Below, piece after piece: positions 49,712 through 62,953 of a stretch of 64,000 nucleotides of DNA. Both the position numbers and the translations under genes were made by a program. The first letter of the stretch is position 1. Every line of letters starts with the position of its first letter. This DNA is from Octopus sinensis (lineage: Eukaryota): NCBI RefSeq assembly GCF_006345805.1, contig NC_043007.1, forward strand, positions 53,258,001-53,322,000, written 5' to 3'. Below the pieces are notes generated by a model. It worked only from the letters and a program-made list of their open reading frames with translations, was not told where the DNA came from and did no database searches.

Positions 49712-50763
49712 TAAGGGTGCATCAGTTTTTTGAAGTCATTTGTATGAATTCGAAGAAGAAAAGCTATATTTGAAAACAAATTGGTACAAATAACTTGAGA
49801 ATCCTTTTATCACACCTATTCAATGAATCTACCATTGCATCAATGGCTGCTTCATATTGGGGATCAAAAGCATTGACCAGCCTGAATCAGATAATATAAA
49901 TTCTGAGAATAGCCCTGTTTATGGCAGACTTGAGAGAGTGTATGGTGTCATCGGAGTGTTGTTTGACCTTTCTCTCAGCTCTGCCCCATATGTAATAGTT
50001 AAGTGGATTGAGGTCTAGTGAGCTAGGAGGTCATGTGTCTGGGAGTACATGGTTGTGAAGATTGGAACACATCCACACTTGGATTGCTCTAGCCTTATGA
50101 GATGGTGCAGAATCTTGTTGGAAGGTGTACAATCTTCCATTGCATACTCTATCTATCCAGGCTCTCACAACTTTCTACAACACGCAGCACTACATCTCTA
50201 TCATTACTGATGGCTCTCAGAACCATCACAGTTGCTGGGAACTTAGTATGCATGACTGTTGGAACCTCATTTGGGTCTGTCATCCCTTTGGTTTACCCTT
50301 TGATCCTGTTCAAAGTTTTTCTCCTCAGAGAAAAACCAAAGCATTCCAGCTTCTTGGTGTTTTAACTTGTTTAGCAAGTGATTTGCATGGATTGAATGAT
50401 TCTCTCTTGTCATGTCCAATATAAACTGACCCCTGCACATCACATACAACTGTACCAGATGTCCTCATGTACAACTCTTCCGATGGTGCATTCTGAAACC
50501 TTGAGGTCCTTTGCAATGGTTCTGATTGACTTTCTTGGACGTTTTGCATGTATTATGTGTTCTAATGATATTAGGATCCTGTACATGCATTTTGCTTTTA
50601 ACTGCAAGCAACTTTCAAGAAGCAAACTATCTCTGTATTACTAATGCTTTTAAGGCATTCCTTTTCATTTGCTGACATTATTTATCTGAAAATAAGGTAA
50701 AAAATAAGAAGATATTTAGAGCTCTTAAAAAAGGTGTTCTCAAAAAAACTGATGCAGTCTGTA
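49712..50763 (-). mobile_element. Tc1/mariner maT-type (DD37D) remnant with both TIRs
   Basis: FQQDSAPSHK...*PPSSLDLNPLN(D)Y, with 37 residues between the 2nd and 3rd catalytic positions; TIR core tgcatcagtttttt at both ends; TA flanks. Confidence 0.85.
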
Positions 50764-50924
50764 TAATAAGGCTTTAAATAGATGTACATTCAAGTACCAG
50801 GTTTGAAGTACATACATTTTTTGTTTTCATTGATATTTTTGTGAGTTTATTTTTGTTTGTTGATTTCACTAGATTTTAATTATCTTATTAAAAACACACA
50901 CACAATTTCCTTTTTCTCTCTCAG

Positions 50925-51065
50925 GATTTTGAACAAGCCCTATTAGTTTTAGCCCATACTTGTGGAGTCGTACTACAAGATGAAGTTGTATTGATTAAAC
51001 CATCAACCAATAAATATACAGTATTCTTTAGCCATATGTTTGAACCATTTCTGATGGGATATTGG
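50925..51065 (+). CDS. GNPAT: GNPAT exon (141 nt, phase 0-0)
   Basis: Polypyrimidine tract + tcag| ... TGG|gtaagt. Encodes DFEQALLVLAHTCGVVLQDEVVLIKPSTNKYTVFFSHMFEPFLMGYW, aligning to GNPAT DFEEGCYLL...LFKPFVESYQ. Confidence 0.88.
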
Positions 51066-52879
51066 GTAAGTATTGTGTTGAAGAAAAAGAATTCTTTTTC
51101 AATGAAATGATTATTTTACGCTAATTCACAGGGAGCATGCAAAACAATGAGAATCTAAACAATAATGCTTTTGTTCACTCATATTCTGGCAGATTTGGAT
51201 GTAAATATCTAATTGCTGTTGTTTTTTTGTCATCAGAGAATACCTCCTCCCTTTAGATAACACAAGCAATCTACCGGTGTAAGGAGATGTAAAGTGCACA
51301 AATGTTTTGACCTAATCCTAATTATATGTCTCCTCAACTAATGAATCTGACGAGAGCACAAGGCTCTTGTTTATAGAAATCAGAAAATTATTTGCTGATG
51401 CATGTTGAAGTCTGTCAAACAGATAATAATTCAAGGGCTGCATGCAGAACATCAAGAATCCAAACAATAATATATCTGTTTATTCTTAATATGTTCAGGC
51501 AGATTCAATCATGAACACCTGAACAATGTTGCTTTTTATCATTGTTTAATTATATGTGTTATGAATACACATCATTTAAAGAAAGGGGGTGTTCCTAATG
51601 AGGAAAGACAACAATGATCAAACATTCATGTTCAAATGTGCCAGAATTAATAGATATTATTTTGTAATCATTTTAATAGCTAAAAACATGTATGTATTGA
51701 AAATTTCATTGACAATAAATTTTAACAATCTCTTAAGGGATTGTTTTTTTTTAATCATATTGTAAACTTTTAAACTTTACAAAAACCTGTATGACTGGAC
51801 AATCTAAAGGTTTTGGGCTATTAACCACAACAAAGCCAATGATATTTGGACCAGTGAGATATTTGTCAATAGATGTGAAGATTAATGATAACTTCGTTAA
51901 CATTTAAGTCGGTACAGTGGGACATATTACATCAATATCCAATTGCATGTGACTAGTTGTTCATTTAACCTTATGTAAATTATCATTTGTTGCACAATTG
52001 ATATTCAAAGATATTTCCTCATTGTTTAGGACTAATTTCCCTAACATTATCATTATGGAGAGGTTTGATAGAATACAGTAGCTTTGACCTACAGAATTTG
52101 CTTAAATGCTCCCTGTTGACCACTATTGAAGCTTTTCTTTTTATATGCAGTTCAGGATTTGGAAAGATGTGATAATCCACAATTTGGTAGGCTTACTTTG
52201 ATAAGTCATTTCTAGAAATATATTAGATACTTCTGTACTAGAACCTGACATTATTATTGACCCAAGAGCAAAAGCTCACTCTCAGTGTACCATTACAAGG
52301 TTAACCAGGTCTAAGAAGGGCACTTTAGAGTCTTTTTTCTTGATTGTCTGAATACAATTTCATTAATAAAAACCAATTTTATAAACGCTACTTTTGGACC
52401 ATCTTTGATTGCAGAGAATTTACTCAAAAAAGTATGTACATTGGAATTTTGCAGGAAATCATTAGCTTGTTTTTTGCTGTAGTCCTAGGAATGTTAACCT
52501 GTATAAACATGACAAGTCTTTTCTCTAGGTTTAGTTATTTTTTCAATTGCATATTTAAAATCTTTAAATGAACAATTTTGAAAAATTGTAGTACATACAA
52601 CTTTCAGTTTGATAATTAAGTTTATGCTAGTGTTGTTAGTAGATTATTAGATTTATAAAATTGTGTCACCAATTGTCATATTTACAATAATTGCTCAAGT
52701 TCACAGTATGTGAATAAATTTAAACAACTATCATCATAGTTCACAATGTTATTCAACTGGCATGCCATGAAATTGTTTGGCAATGAATTGATTGTCACCT
52801 TAAATAGTGCCAAGTGCATGCAACCTTGGAAAATGCACATAAAAGTGATATCACTGACCAGGTTGATAGAATACAATGT

Positions 52880-53265
52880 ATACATTTACGTGCCGGTGAC
52901 ACGTAAAAGCACCATCCGTTTCGTGGCCGTTTGCTAGCTCTGTCTGGCCCCCGTGTTGGTGGCACGTAAAAGCACCATCCGTTCGTGTCCGTTGCCAGCC
53001 TCGCCTGGCCCCGTGCCGGTGACACGTAAAAGCACCATCCGTTCGTGGCCGTTTGCCAGCTCTGTCTGTCACCTGTGCGGGTGGCACGTAAAAAGCACCC
53101 ACTACACTCACGGAGTGGTTGGCGTTAGGAAGGGCATCCAGCCATAGAAACACTGCCAGATCTGACTGGGCCTGATGAAGCCTTCCAGCTTCACAGACCC
53201 CAGTTGAACCGTCCAACACATGCTAGCATGGAGAACGGACGCTAAATGATGATGATGATGATGAT
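52880..53265 (+). mobile_element. RTE family A 3' UTR-only copy
   Basis: Hairpin repeat units, then aaaagcacccactacactc...ggaagggcatccagc...(GAT)n tail. Confidence 0.88.
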
Positions 53266-53481
53266 GAATAGTAAGCCATTGAAAATTGGTACCAAGTTTC
53301 TTTAAGAAAGACATTAAATTAGTGTTATTTCCATAGATAAACCTGTCTCATCTTATTGATACCACTATTTATGAAAAGATTAAATTTTCTTTATGTGGTT
53401 CATGATACACAATTTAAAATGTTAGTATATATTTTTTTATTGTTTATTATTGTAATAAATTGTTATTTCTACTTTGTTTAG

Positions 53482-53693
53482 GTTCTGTGTCAGCATCTGC
53501 TGTCAATGCCACAAGTAGGTCATGGCAAATTGCTTGCTAAACCCATACAAATGCTGGCAAAGGAAGCCCAGATGATTGCAGCTCGATTACTCCGTGAACA
53601 ATTGATTAAACATCCAGAAATACTGTCTCTTAACTTACTTAATAATGGACTCATAGCTTTGTACAATATGGATGCTCTACATAAAGAAAAAAG
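53482..53693 (+). CDS. GNPAT: GNPAT exon near the C-terminus (212 nt, phase 0-2)
   Basis: ttgtttag| ... AAA AG|gtatct. Encodes VLCQHLLSMPQVGHGK...HPEILSLNLLNNGLIALYNMDALHKEK, aligning to GNPAT IICKYLL...[26 protein letters not shown]. In frame with the 50925 exon. Confidence 0.82.
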
Positions 53694-55479
53694 GTATCTT
53701 AAATACTGATTATTGAATTTTACAGTTGCATGTTGTAAATATATTTGCTTTTTGAGTCTAACTGTTAAAAATATAATGGAAAATTCATATAGATATTACT
53801 TATCAAGATTTAATGAAAGTTTTACCGTATATATGTGTATGTATTCATCATCTTTTACAGCCACTTTCATTGTTTACATGGATTGGATGGACCATCATAA
53901 TTCTAGTCACCTTCCCATTAGAAGCTACTGCTCCCAAAGACTAGGTGCTCATTTGGCTTGGTTTCTACATTTGGATGCCCTTCCTAACATAACTCTACAC
54001 CACTCTGCAGAGTGTGTTGGTGCATTTTCTCATGATACAAGGTGAACATCATCAATATCAAAGTTTTATGTCCACTTTCCATGCTGGCATGTAACAATTG
54101 GAATTAGTGCATATACTGCTTCCTTGATGATTTAGAATACCATATTTCACTTACGTTTTTTTTATTATTGGCTTTGTTTCTACTGCTGTATACCCTTCCT
54201 ATCTCCAACCAGCACTAAAGAGGCAGTCTAACTAAAAGGACTTCATGAATCCTTGTATCTGCCTGCTACTAATTTCTTTACAGAATAAGAGGAATGAATG
54301 ATAGTAATAAATGTGTGATAGTGTAAGACAATCTTCTGAGATATGTACTTAGAGCATGTGTGAGATACCAGAATAAGCAAGACAAGGTGATAGCAGTCAG
54401 AACAGGAGGGAAGGGTGAAGGTAGAGTTTACTGGGCACGGTGGATCCAATATTGTTTGCTATTCATAGATTTTAAAACAAGCAGGGATACTCAGTCTTAA
54501 GAAAGCTGTAGCCAAAGACTTTCAATGCAAAAAAGACTGAGTACATGACTGTTAATAAAGATGAAATCCACCTGCCAATTTGCTCCAACAATGGCACACA
54601 ACTTAAGGTCAGTGATTTTGGGTACTTTCGATTCTAAGTAGGAAAAGCTTTCTAACACACAAAGAGTACTTGTAACAAGCTTCAAAACTTCTGTCTGTTA
54701 ATTATTTCAATGTCAACAAAGCTTGCCTTCTTCAGAGCATGTTTTGAGTGCATTTTTATATAGCTGAAATCTGGATTATAAGTATCAAATGGGCTCAAAA
54801 TATCTCATGGCATGAGCACAAGACCAAAGAAGAGACTTATAGACACAATCCATTTATCTTTACTATTATTGCTCAATACAGAGTGAACTTTGCTAACCAT
54901 TTGCTATTGTGCTGAACAACAGACCATATTATATTTTCTGTAGACTAACACACCCTAACAAAAGATGAATACCACTCAGCTACATTGATGTTATTGGTAG
55001 GGATACATATCCTGAAATTGAGGATTTACCAAAGCTAATAAGGAACAGAGATTCCTGATGCAGCATTGTATGAGGCATCTTGGTTGCAGCTACTTGAGGA
55101 AGAAGCAACGACTGAAGATATGACCCAGGGAAGAGTGAAGGATAGAATGTACTAGTTACAATTGATCCAAGAAAGTATGAAGACAGAGAGTGAGATAAGC
55201 TGATGACAGGCAATACTGGAGGGAAGTGAGAAGGTAGAATGTATTGGGCACAACTGACTTTTGAGGTGAGTCAGAAGGCTAAGTGATGAGCTGTTGGTTG
55301 GGGGAATTGAAAGTTGTCTGGTCCTGTACCACTGAACAGCACAAATGATAGCAATTAAGATAAGAATAACAGGGAAGCAAGTGATAGGATAATAAAGTGT
55401 GGAGGAAGACAGCAATAATCAACTTAGCTGTACATATACTACCACTAGATCACTACCACTATTCTTGTGACCATTAGGC

Positions 55480-56440
55480 AAGCATGGCAATTTGCATCTT
55501 GAGATCAGTTTTCATCATTCATACTAAGTTTTTCTTTGTCTCACCTCTTCCACAGGTGCCATTCTCTCTGAATGCACAGCACATGTTTACAGCTTTCATC
55601 CTGCATATGCATTACATGTCCATTCTCTCTTGCATACTACATATAACTCCCCTTATATCCTCTTTTTATCTCACCTCTTTAATACTTTATCACTTGTGCA
55701 TGCTTACATTACACACCCAGTGAAGTATGCTTGCTTCATTGAATCTCCACAAATCCTCTGGGTTCAAGGCCATGTCTGATGACCATGCATCATTGTACAT
55801 TGCATATATGCATCATACAATCTACTCTTTACATTTAGAGAGAAGCCTTTCTTTGCCAGCAGAGGTAATAGCTTCCTATGCTTCTTTTTACAACCCAATC
55901 TCATTTTGACTGCTTTGCAGTCTAGGCATTCACTCCCACTCCTAATTAAGCCACTTAGGTATCAACTACTAGGGAACCTTCCAAGTTTTCTATAGTATTT
56001 ATTTCCCATGGTTTTTTAAAAGTTGTTCCCCTTGAATCTGCCATGTGTAAAGTGTATATTTTCTGTAGACTATGATCCTGTTGCCTTTCTTGTGTGTCCA
56101 GAGGGAATTCTTACTTTCCTGTACATTGGGTATGGCTATTTCTGTGATGGAGGCAGGGTCCTATCTTTTCTCCTATTTACAAATACTTTGGTCTTAACTA
56201 AGTTAAATTTGAGGTCTCTCAATCTGGAATGTCCTCTCTAAATCACATTATGATATAAGAATTTGGTCATCAGCATTGAGGAGCTTGCATGAGCGTGTCA
56301 GTCTTAGACTCTTCTGTTATAACTAAATGCGACAAAATGAAGGTGAGGACACAGATTTCGTGAACCTCACCTGAACCCAAAATCCATTACTGAACACACT
56401 ACTAAATCTCAACTATACCTGGCTTCCTTAGCACTGACCA
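55480..56440 (-). mobile_element. Old, highly decayed RTE-type LINE
   Basis: Minus-strand remnants of ADD, NLVKTKV, WTHK and REDN/WY. Confidence 0.55.
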
Positions 56441-56599
56441 AATCACAGGGCAGAAAACTCTGTCAAAGGTTGACAAACACTGGGTATAAGAGTATTTTTA
56501 AGCGCCATAAATATCTATAAATAAGTATTAAAGCAAAACATACAATACAATGTTCATTGCATGCTCTTATAGATCTTAGCCCTGCATATGTACACAGGG

Positions 56600-56995
56600 T
56601 GGTATGATGGAAGCACTCCGTCGGTTACGACGATGAAGGTTCCGGTTGATCCGAATCAACGGAACAGCCTGCTCGTGAAATTAACGTGTAAGTGGCTGAG
56701 CACTCCACAGACACGTGCACCCTTAACATAGTTCTCGGGGATATTCAGCGTGACACAGAGAGTGACAAGGCCAGCCCCTTGAAATACAGGTACAACAGAA
56801 ACAGGAAGTAAGAGTAAGAGAAAGTTGTGGTGAAAGAGTACAGCAGGGATCACCACTATCCCCTGCCGGAGCCTCGTGGAGCCTTTTTAGGTGTTTTCGC
56901 TCAATAAATACTCATAACGCCCGGTCTGTGAATTGAAACCGCGATCCTATGACCACGAGTCCGCCGCCCTAACCACTGGGCCATTGCGCCTCCAC
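56600..56995 (-). mobile_element. tRNA(Arg-like)-derived SINE (octopus OR-type)
   Basis: Head ggcgcaaTGGCCCAGTGG (A box) ...ggactcgtggtc... GTTTCAATTC (B box), with a CpG-rich body. Confidence 0.85.
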
Positions 56996-57720
56996 TCACA
57001 GGGTGGTATACCAGAATACAAGATGATAGGAGGCAAGGTCGAGGGATAATGTTAAGAGAAGAATGAGGAAAAGAGAGAGAAGGATAGGGAGGAACATACA
57101 CACATGTATGTACACATAAAAGAGAAAAGGGAAGAAAGTGAGGTAGAAAAGCTTACAGTTATTGTAGTAGTAACTCCATTCTCTCCACCATATGTCATTG
57201 TACAAAAGAAAAATAATTGCCATCTTTCTTGACATCTCTATGTTTAGGTCCGATGAGTTCTGGTTTGACAAGCTTGGCATTTAGCAGTTGCCTTTATAAG
57301 TACATCATAAATCAGTCATTCTTGGCCATATGTATACATACACTCACATACACATCTATATGCATACACATGTAGTTATATGTACATGCATGTGCAGATA
57401 TATATATATACACATATGCGCTTATACCCACACACAGGCAGACATCTCACATACTGTCCTCACTCTTTCTACATGCTGCTTTATGCACACACATACACAC
57501 GTGTGTGGATGTGCATTAGCTTCCACATGCATAACAGTAAGTTATCCAAAAATATTATGCAAGTATGTGTTGTAATCTGCAAGTAATCATCCTGAGTATG
57601 TTGAGAACTTATGACAAGAGTTTGAGAAGGCGTGCCTATGCATCAAGATGTGCTCCTTCATATGTTTCATTGTAGCTCCAACATAGTACTTATTCTGTAT
57701 TGTCACCATACATTTATACA

Positions 57721-58856
57721 CTACTAGCAGTATAGCCCAGCTTTGCTCGGGATTAAGTTAGGATTATTAAGCTAATCAAGCTCTTTATTTCAAACCAAAC
57801 TAAGTAACATCAACGTCAAATTTGAGCGAAATCCATTGAAATTGGTAAACTTTTGGCTGAAAATGAGTTCCAGACAATTTGATTGGGGAATCCCATAAGG
57901 AATTGGTTTATTGATTTTCTCCACTCATCAATTGTTTTGTTTTTTTTCGTTTTTGGAGAACTTAAAGCATTCAAAGATCCCATGAGTCCTAAGTAATGCT
58001 GGCATCAAGTTTGAACAAAATACATCAAAATTGGTAAAAGTTATGGGTGAGAATGGAGTGTAGCCAATTTTAGTAAGAAGTCCTATAAGGTTTATCAATT
58101 TGTTTTATTTAAATGGAAAACCCCATAAGGAATCAGTTTATTGATTTTTCACTCCAAATAGAACTTAAGCACACACAACATTGCTGATTCAAAAACATCT
58201 ATATTTATACTTTAAAGTTGGTTTTCATACCCAGCCCAGTTCTGCAGAATCAGTATCGCAACAGGAGCGCATCAGTTGGGAGTTTAATCGGCAGAGGTGA
58301 TCAGGTTGCATATGCTAACCCTTTTGAAAATACCATCCCCCATCATATAACCCCCCTTTGCCCATGGGTTGGGAATCTTTCCAGCAAGGAAAATAGAACG
58401 CCTCTGTGTGAGAAGCAGTTATGATCAGATTACAATTAAGTATATATATATATATATATATAATATATATGGGCAACACACACAGAGACATATATGTACA
58501 TACACCTATTGCATACGTGTTTTTCTACACCTTTGCCCCAGAGTAATACCATCAACTGAAGAAAATTTAGCACCCGGACGTAAGTTTTGTAAGAGGAATA
58601 GAGAGGCCTACCTTCTCCCACAGAGATGTGAGAGTCAGATCTCTCCTTTCGAAAACATGAACAGTTTCGAAACAGTTTACAAAATAATAGCTGATCATTT
58701 GCGAAGGAGTCAACACTTAGTGTTTTTGCTCTGGTAACTTCTGCTCTCTCCTATGTTCACGCACGACCAGCTATATGTCAGTATGAGTAGAGCAACGGAT
58801 TCAGCTAATTTGGAAATTAGTTGTGGAGAAACGGAGTATATCATTTATATTGTGTC

Positions 58857-58909
<53 letters not shown>

Positions 58910-59366
58910 GCAACACACACACACATTGCATACAAGTGTTTTGTATGCATACATGTTCGAAGTGTGTGTATGTGAGACTGAAGCCATTCACACATACATA
59001 CATACGCCTGTCTGTCTGGTTTTGCCTATCAATCACTCACTAAAAAGACGAAATTTTAAAAATCTGTTATATCTCTCTCTCTCTCTCCCCCTCTCTTTAC
59101 ACCATGGCTAGAAGGGGACTTAACTCATATTTGCAAATGATGGTGTATTTCTCCGACTTGAAAATTGTTAGAAGTTATGGTTCAAAATTATTTTTACCGC
59201 TATTTGCTGGTGCCTCAGAGGAAAATAATTTGGCGAAAATACAGCTTGGGTCATGATAAATGTCCTCCTAAAATTTGAGCGGCATGCGTGCTAATTTGTG
59301 GATGTGCATAAGCTACATTCACGTACGCACACACACATACACGTTCTGCCTTTTATATATACAGAT
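57721..59366 (+). mobile_element. Helitron-like non-autonomous element with helicase remnant
   Basis: Starts ctactagcagtatagcccagctttgctcggg (subterminal hairpin) and ends (CA)n...ttttatatatacagat. Internal FTHDQLYVSMSRA resembles Pif1-type helicase motif VI (FSHGQLYVALSR). Confidence 0.7.
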
Positions 59367-59419
59367 GTAGTGATTAAAAAGACTTTGACAGTGATAAAGA
59401 TGAATTTCATGGTGATGCA

Positions 59420-61190
59420 AAAATGAGGATGATGGGAGAAGACGAAAAGCGCCCGCCGACTTTCGCTTCTCTAAAACAATGTTCTTTTTTCAAAACACAA
59501 CGAGGCAATAAATCTCTAACACAATGTTCAGAATTCTTTTTTAAAACACACAAAAAGTCACATGTTTCAGGTTATCTGGCCGACCAGTCTCCTTGCTTCA
59601 TTGAAGCATGTACTCGGTTCCAGGCCGGACCACACAGACATAAATCTGTAGGAGTCCTCCGGGAAGGAATTTATGATCCTGCACAGATCACTATCCCATA
59701 GGACCTCCGCAGCCACCTGCGAAGGCCACTCAGGATCCTCCGTGCAGGACAGAAGTCCCTCCCATCGGCCCCTCCTTTCCATTTTTTTAACTTCATTTTC
59801 TATGGTTCCTCCTTTGTGGAAGAGGACCACAAATTCATCCTCCAGCGGCACACCAGCCTGAGGAGGATTGGGACATGCCGGCAGCGTGTCACAACCCGCC
59901 GGCGATGTCTCGTTTTTCTTCTTTCTTTTTTTCTTTTTCCCTTGTGCCGCGAGAGGGTGAGGTTCCTGTGATGCACGCAACAGGTCCTCCTTCTCTCCCA
60001 CAGCCCTCGGGTCCTTCGGTGGGCAACCATTGTTGTCCACCTTTCGTTTTCGTTTTTTCGAGGATGTAGAAACCTCCTTGTCATCCTCCTTCTCTCCCTC
60101 CATTGAGGGAGCAGGGAGAGATTCCACTATTAACTGTTCCAGGATCCAAGGTGACACTTGGGGGGGGGGCGTCCCTCGAGCATCACCGGCCATCCTCAAA
60201 AAATCTGGAATGACCAGACTTTCGGCTGATTGGGTCCAGCTTTTGACCCCTCCCAATCAGCCGCAGGCAACATTTTCACATTAAGCAGCTTGGTACTACT
60301 ACCACCCAGACCCCGGTGGATAGTCCTCTATCCACTCGGGCTCAACTCCGGGTGGCAAACCGCAGATCTAAGCCCTCAATAATTTCTTTCCACAGTAGCT
60401 TGGAAGAAACATTATTTCCTCGCCCTCGAGGGGGCTGACTTGCAAAATTGCAAGCTTCTTGGGGGGAGTCAAATAGCAACCAGACCGTTGCATATTTGAC
60501 TCCCCGTGAAATAAATTTAATAGCTGGCATGTAATCTGCCGGCTCATTCAAAATTGTGGCCCTCGGGAAGACAGCTATGGTGTCGAGCGATTTTGAATAA
60601 GTCCTCAACACCACCGTCTTCCTTTCAAGCTCTTTTTTGGGAGGTGTCAAGTCCCACACAAGAAATTCCTTTGCCATTTCAACACAAAGTTCGAATGCAG
60701 TTCAAAAACGTAAAAATTAAAACGACACAAAAAAAGAAGAAGGAAAGACACAACAGAAGAGAAGAAATAAAATAAAAATAACTTCAATAAAAGTTGTTTT
60801 TTTTTTAAATAAATGAAAGCTTTGAAGAAGAGAGTTCAATTCCAGATCAAGAAATTAATTTTCGGCCGAAAAAGTACTCCTGGCCAATAATCCACAGGTA
60901 AAAAATAATTTCTCACAATTATGTGAGAAAATACATACGTCTCCACTGCAAGGCAGACAACAAGCCTCGAATCCGGTGAGGACTCCCTGCCTGTTCAAAA
61001 GAATAAAACCAGCAGGCAACAAATCCCACCAGACCCAAAAAGCAAAAAGTCTTACCCTACAGTAGAGCGTCTTTTAATTTTCGCCAGCTGCAAACCAGCA
61101 ACTTCAGTTCAATTTACGCCAGCTGCGAACCAGCGTGACGACTTCAACGGCAGAGAGAAGAAAGACTAATGACCGGAAACGGAAGCAAGC
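59420..61190 (-). mobile_element. Tx1/L1-type 5' UTR + ORF1 only, decayed
   Basis: MAKEF...RGVKYATVWLLF parallels WGKKYATIEVYF of the 5437 ORF1. Broken knuckle DARG.PPKCH, Lys/Arg-rich tail, no ORF2. Confidence 0.65.
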
Positions 61191-61518
61191 CTGGTATCCA
61201 TCTTCTCAGTTAACAAAAAGCAATGGATATATTGTAAAACATTGTATACAAAGTGAGTTTCATTATTGAGTTTGATGGTTATGTCACCTTATTTTAAAAC
61301 AATATCTTGTTTACCATGTTCCTCTCATTACATTCAGAAACATTAAACCAATGCATATATCCTTGTTGGTCTTTTGTTAGCATTGATGACAACTTAGAAA
61401 ACCCAGAAGTAAATTCTAAAGCATACTGAAAGCTTCTGACATAAGAATTCTTTTCAGGAAACCTCTCTTGCAAATTTAAAATAAGTTCTGATTTTTTATT
61501 TCTTTTTGAATGTCACCT

Positions 61519-62953
61519 ATCATCATCATTTAACATCTGTTGTCCATGCTGACATGGGTTGAACAGTTTGACCATAGCAGGTAAGCTGAGGAGCTGCACC
61601 TGACTCCAGTCTGATTTGGCATGGTTTCTATGGCTGGATACCCTTCCTAACACCACCCACTCTGAGAGTGTAGTGGGTGCTTTTTGCATGCCAGTTGCAT
61701 GACACCAGTATCTACCATGACTACAATTTCACTCAGCTTGATGGGTCTTCTTCTCGAGCATGGCATATTGCCAAAAGTTTTGGACATTTGTCATTGCTTC
61801 CATGAGGCACAACACATGAAAGGTGCTTTTAGCATGGGTGCCAGTTATGTGACACCAGCACTGGCCACAACTATGATTTCACTTGGCTTGATGGGTCTTC
61901 TCAAGCACGGCATATTGCCAAAGGTTTCGGTCACTAATCATTACTTCCGTGAGGCCCAATGTTTGAAGATCATGCTTCACCACCTCGTCCCATGTCTTCC
62001 TGGATTTACCTCTACCACAGGTTCCCTCCACACTTAGAAATCAGCTCTTCTTTACCCAGCTGTCCTCATCCATAGACATCACATGGCCATACCAGCACAG
62101 TCATCTCTCTTGCACACCATATCAGATGTTTCTTGTGCCCAACTTTTCAGACCATCATGGAGAAAGCCTTTGACAGAGTACCCGCTCCCTTATCTGATGG
62201 TCAATGTGGAAGCTAGGTGTCAATGAGTTGTTGGTGAGAGCTGTACAAGCCATGTACAGGGGTGCTGTTAGGAAGGTGAAGGTTTTCAAGGAGTTTAGCA
62301 AGAAATTCAGGGTACAAGTAGGTGTTCACCAAGGATCAGTCCTCAACCCCTCTTGTTCATCATAGTCCTCCAGGTAATAACAGAGGAATTCAAGTCAGGC
62401 TGCCCTTGAGAGCTCCTCTATGCTGATGACCTTGTTCTTATAGCCAAATCACTATGAGAACTAGAGAAGAAATTTCTGATATGGAAGCAAGATCTAGAAT
62501 TAAAGGGCCTTAGAGTTGATGTAGCAAAAACCAAAGTTTTGGTAAGTAGGAAAGCAGACAAATCACAAATCCCTACAGGCAGATAGCCCTGCTTAATCTG
62601 TAGGAAAGGCATTGGTAGGAATTCCATAAGATGTACCTTGTGCAAGCTATGGACAGATAAGAGGTGCAACAATATCCAAGGAAGGTTAACTGGGAAAACA
62701 GTTTTTGTGTGTGGAAGGTGCACAGGTACAATAAACACAAAAAAAATGTACAGAAAACAGACTCCATCAACTGCCAGTGGGGTAAGCTAGAGGTAGTTTA
62801 TCTGCAAAAATAAGAATAGGCTGGGCAAAGATCGGAGAGTTCCTACTTCTGCTGGCAACAAAGAGCCTCTCCCTCAGATTGAAGGGCAGACTGTATGATG
62901 CCTGTGTGCAAACAGCTATGCTGCATGACAGTAAAACATGGGCTGTGGCTGAG
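61519..62953 (-). mobile_element. RTE family A copy with 5' inversion
   Basis: 61519-62148 is the 3' end on the minus strand; 62156-62953 is the upstream RT segment (MEKAFDRV to TWAVAE) on the plus strand. Confidence 0.88.
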
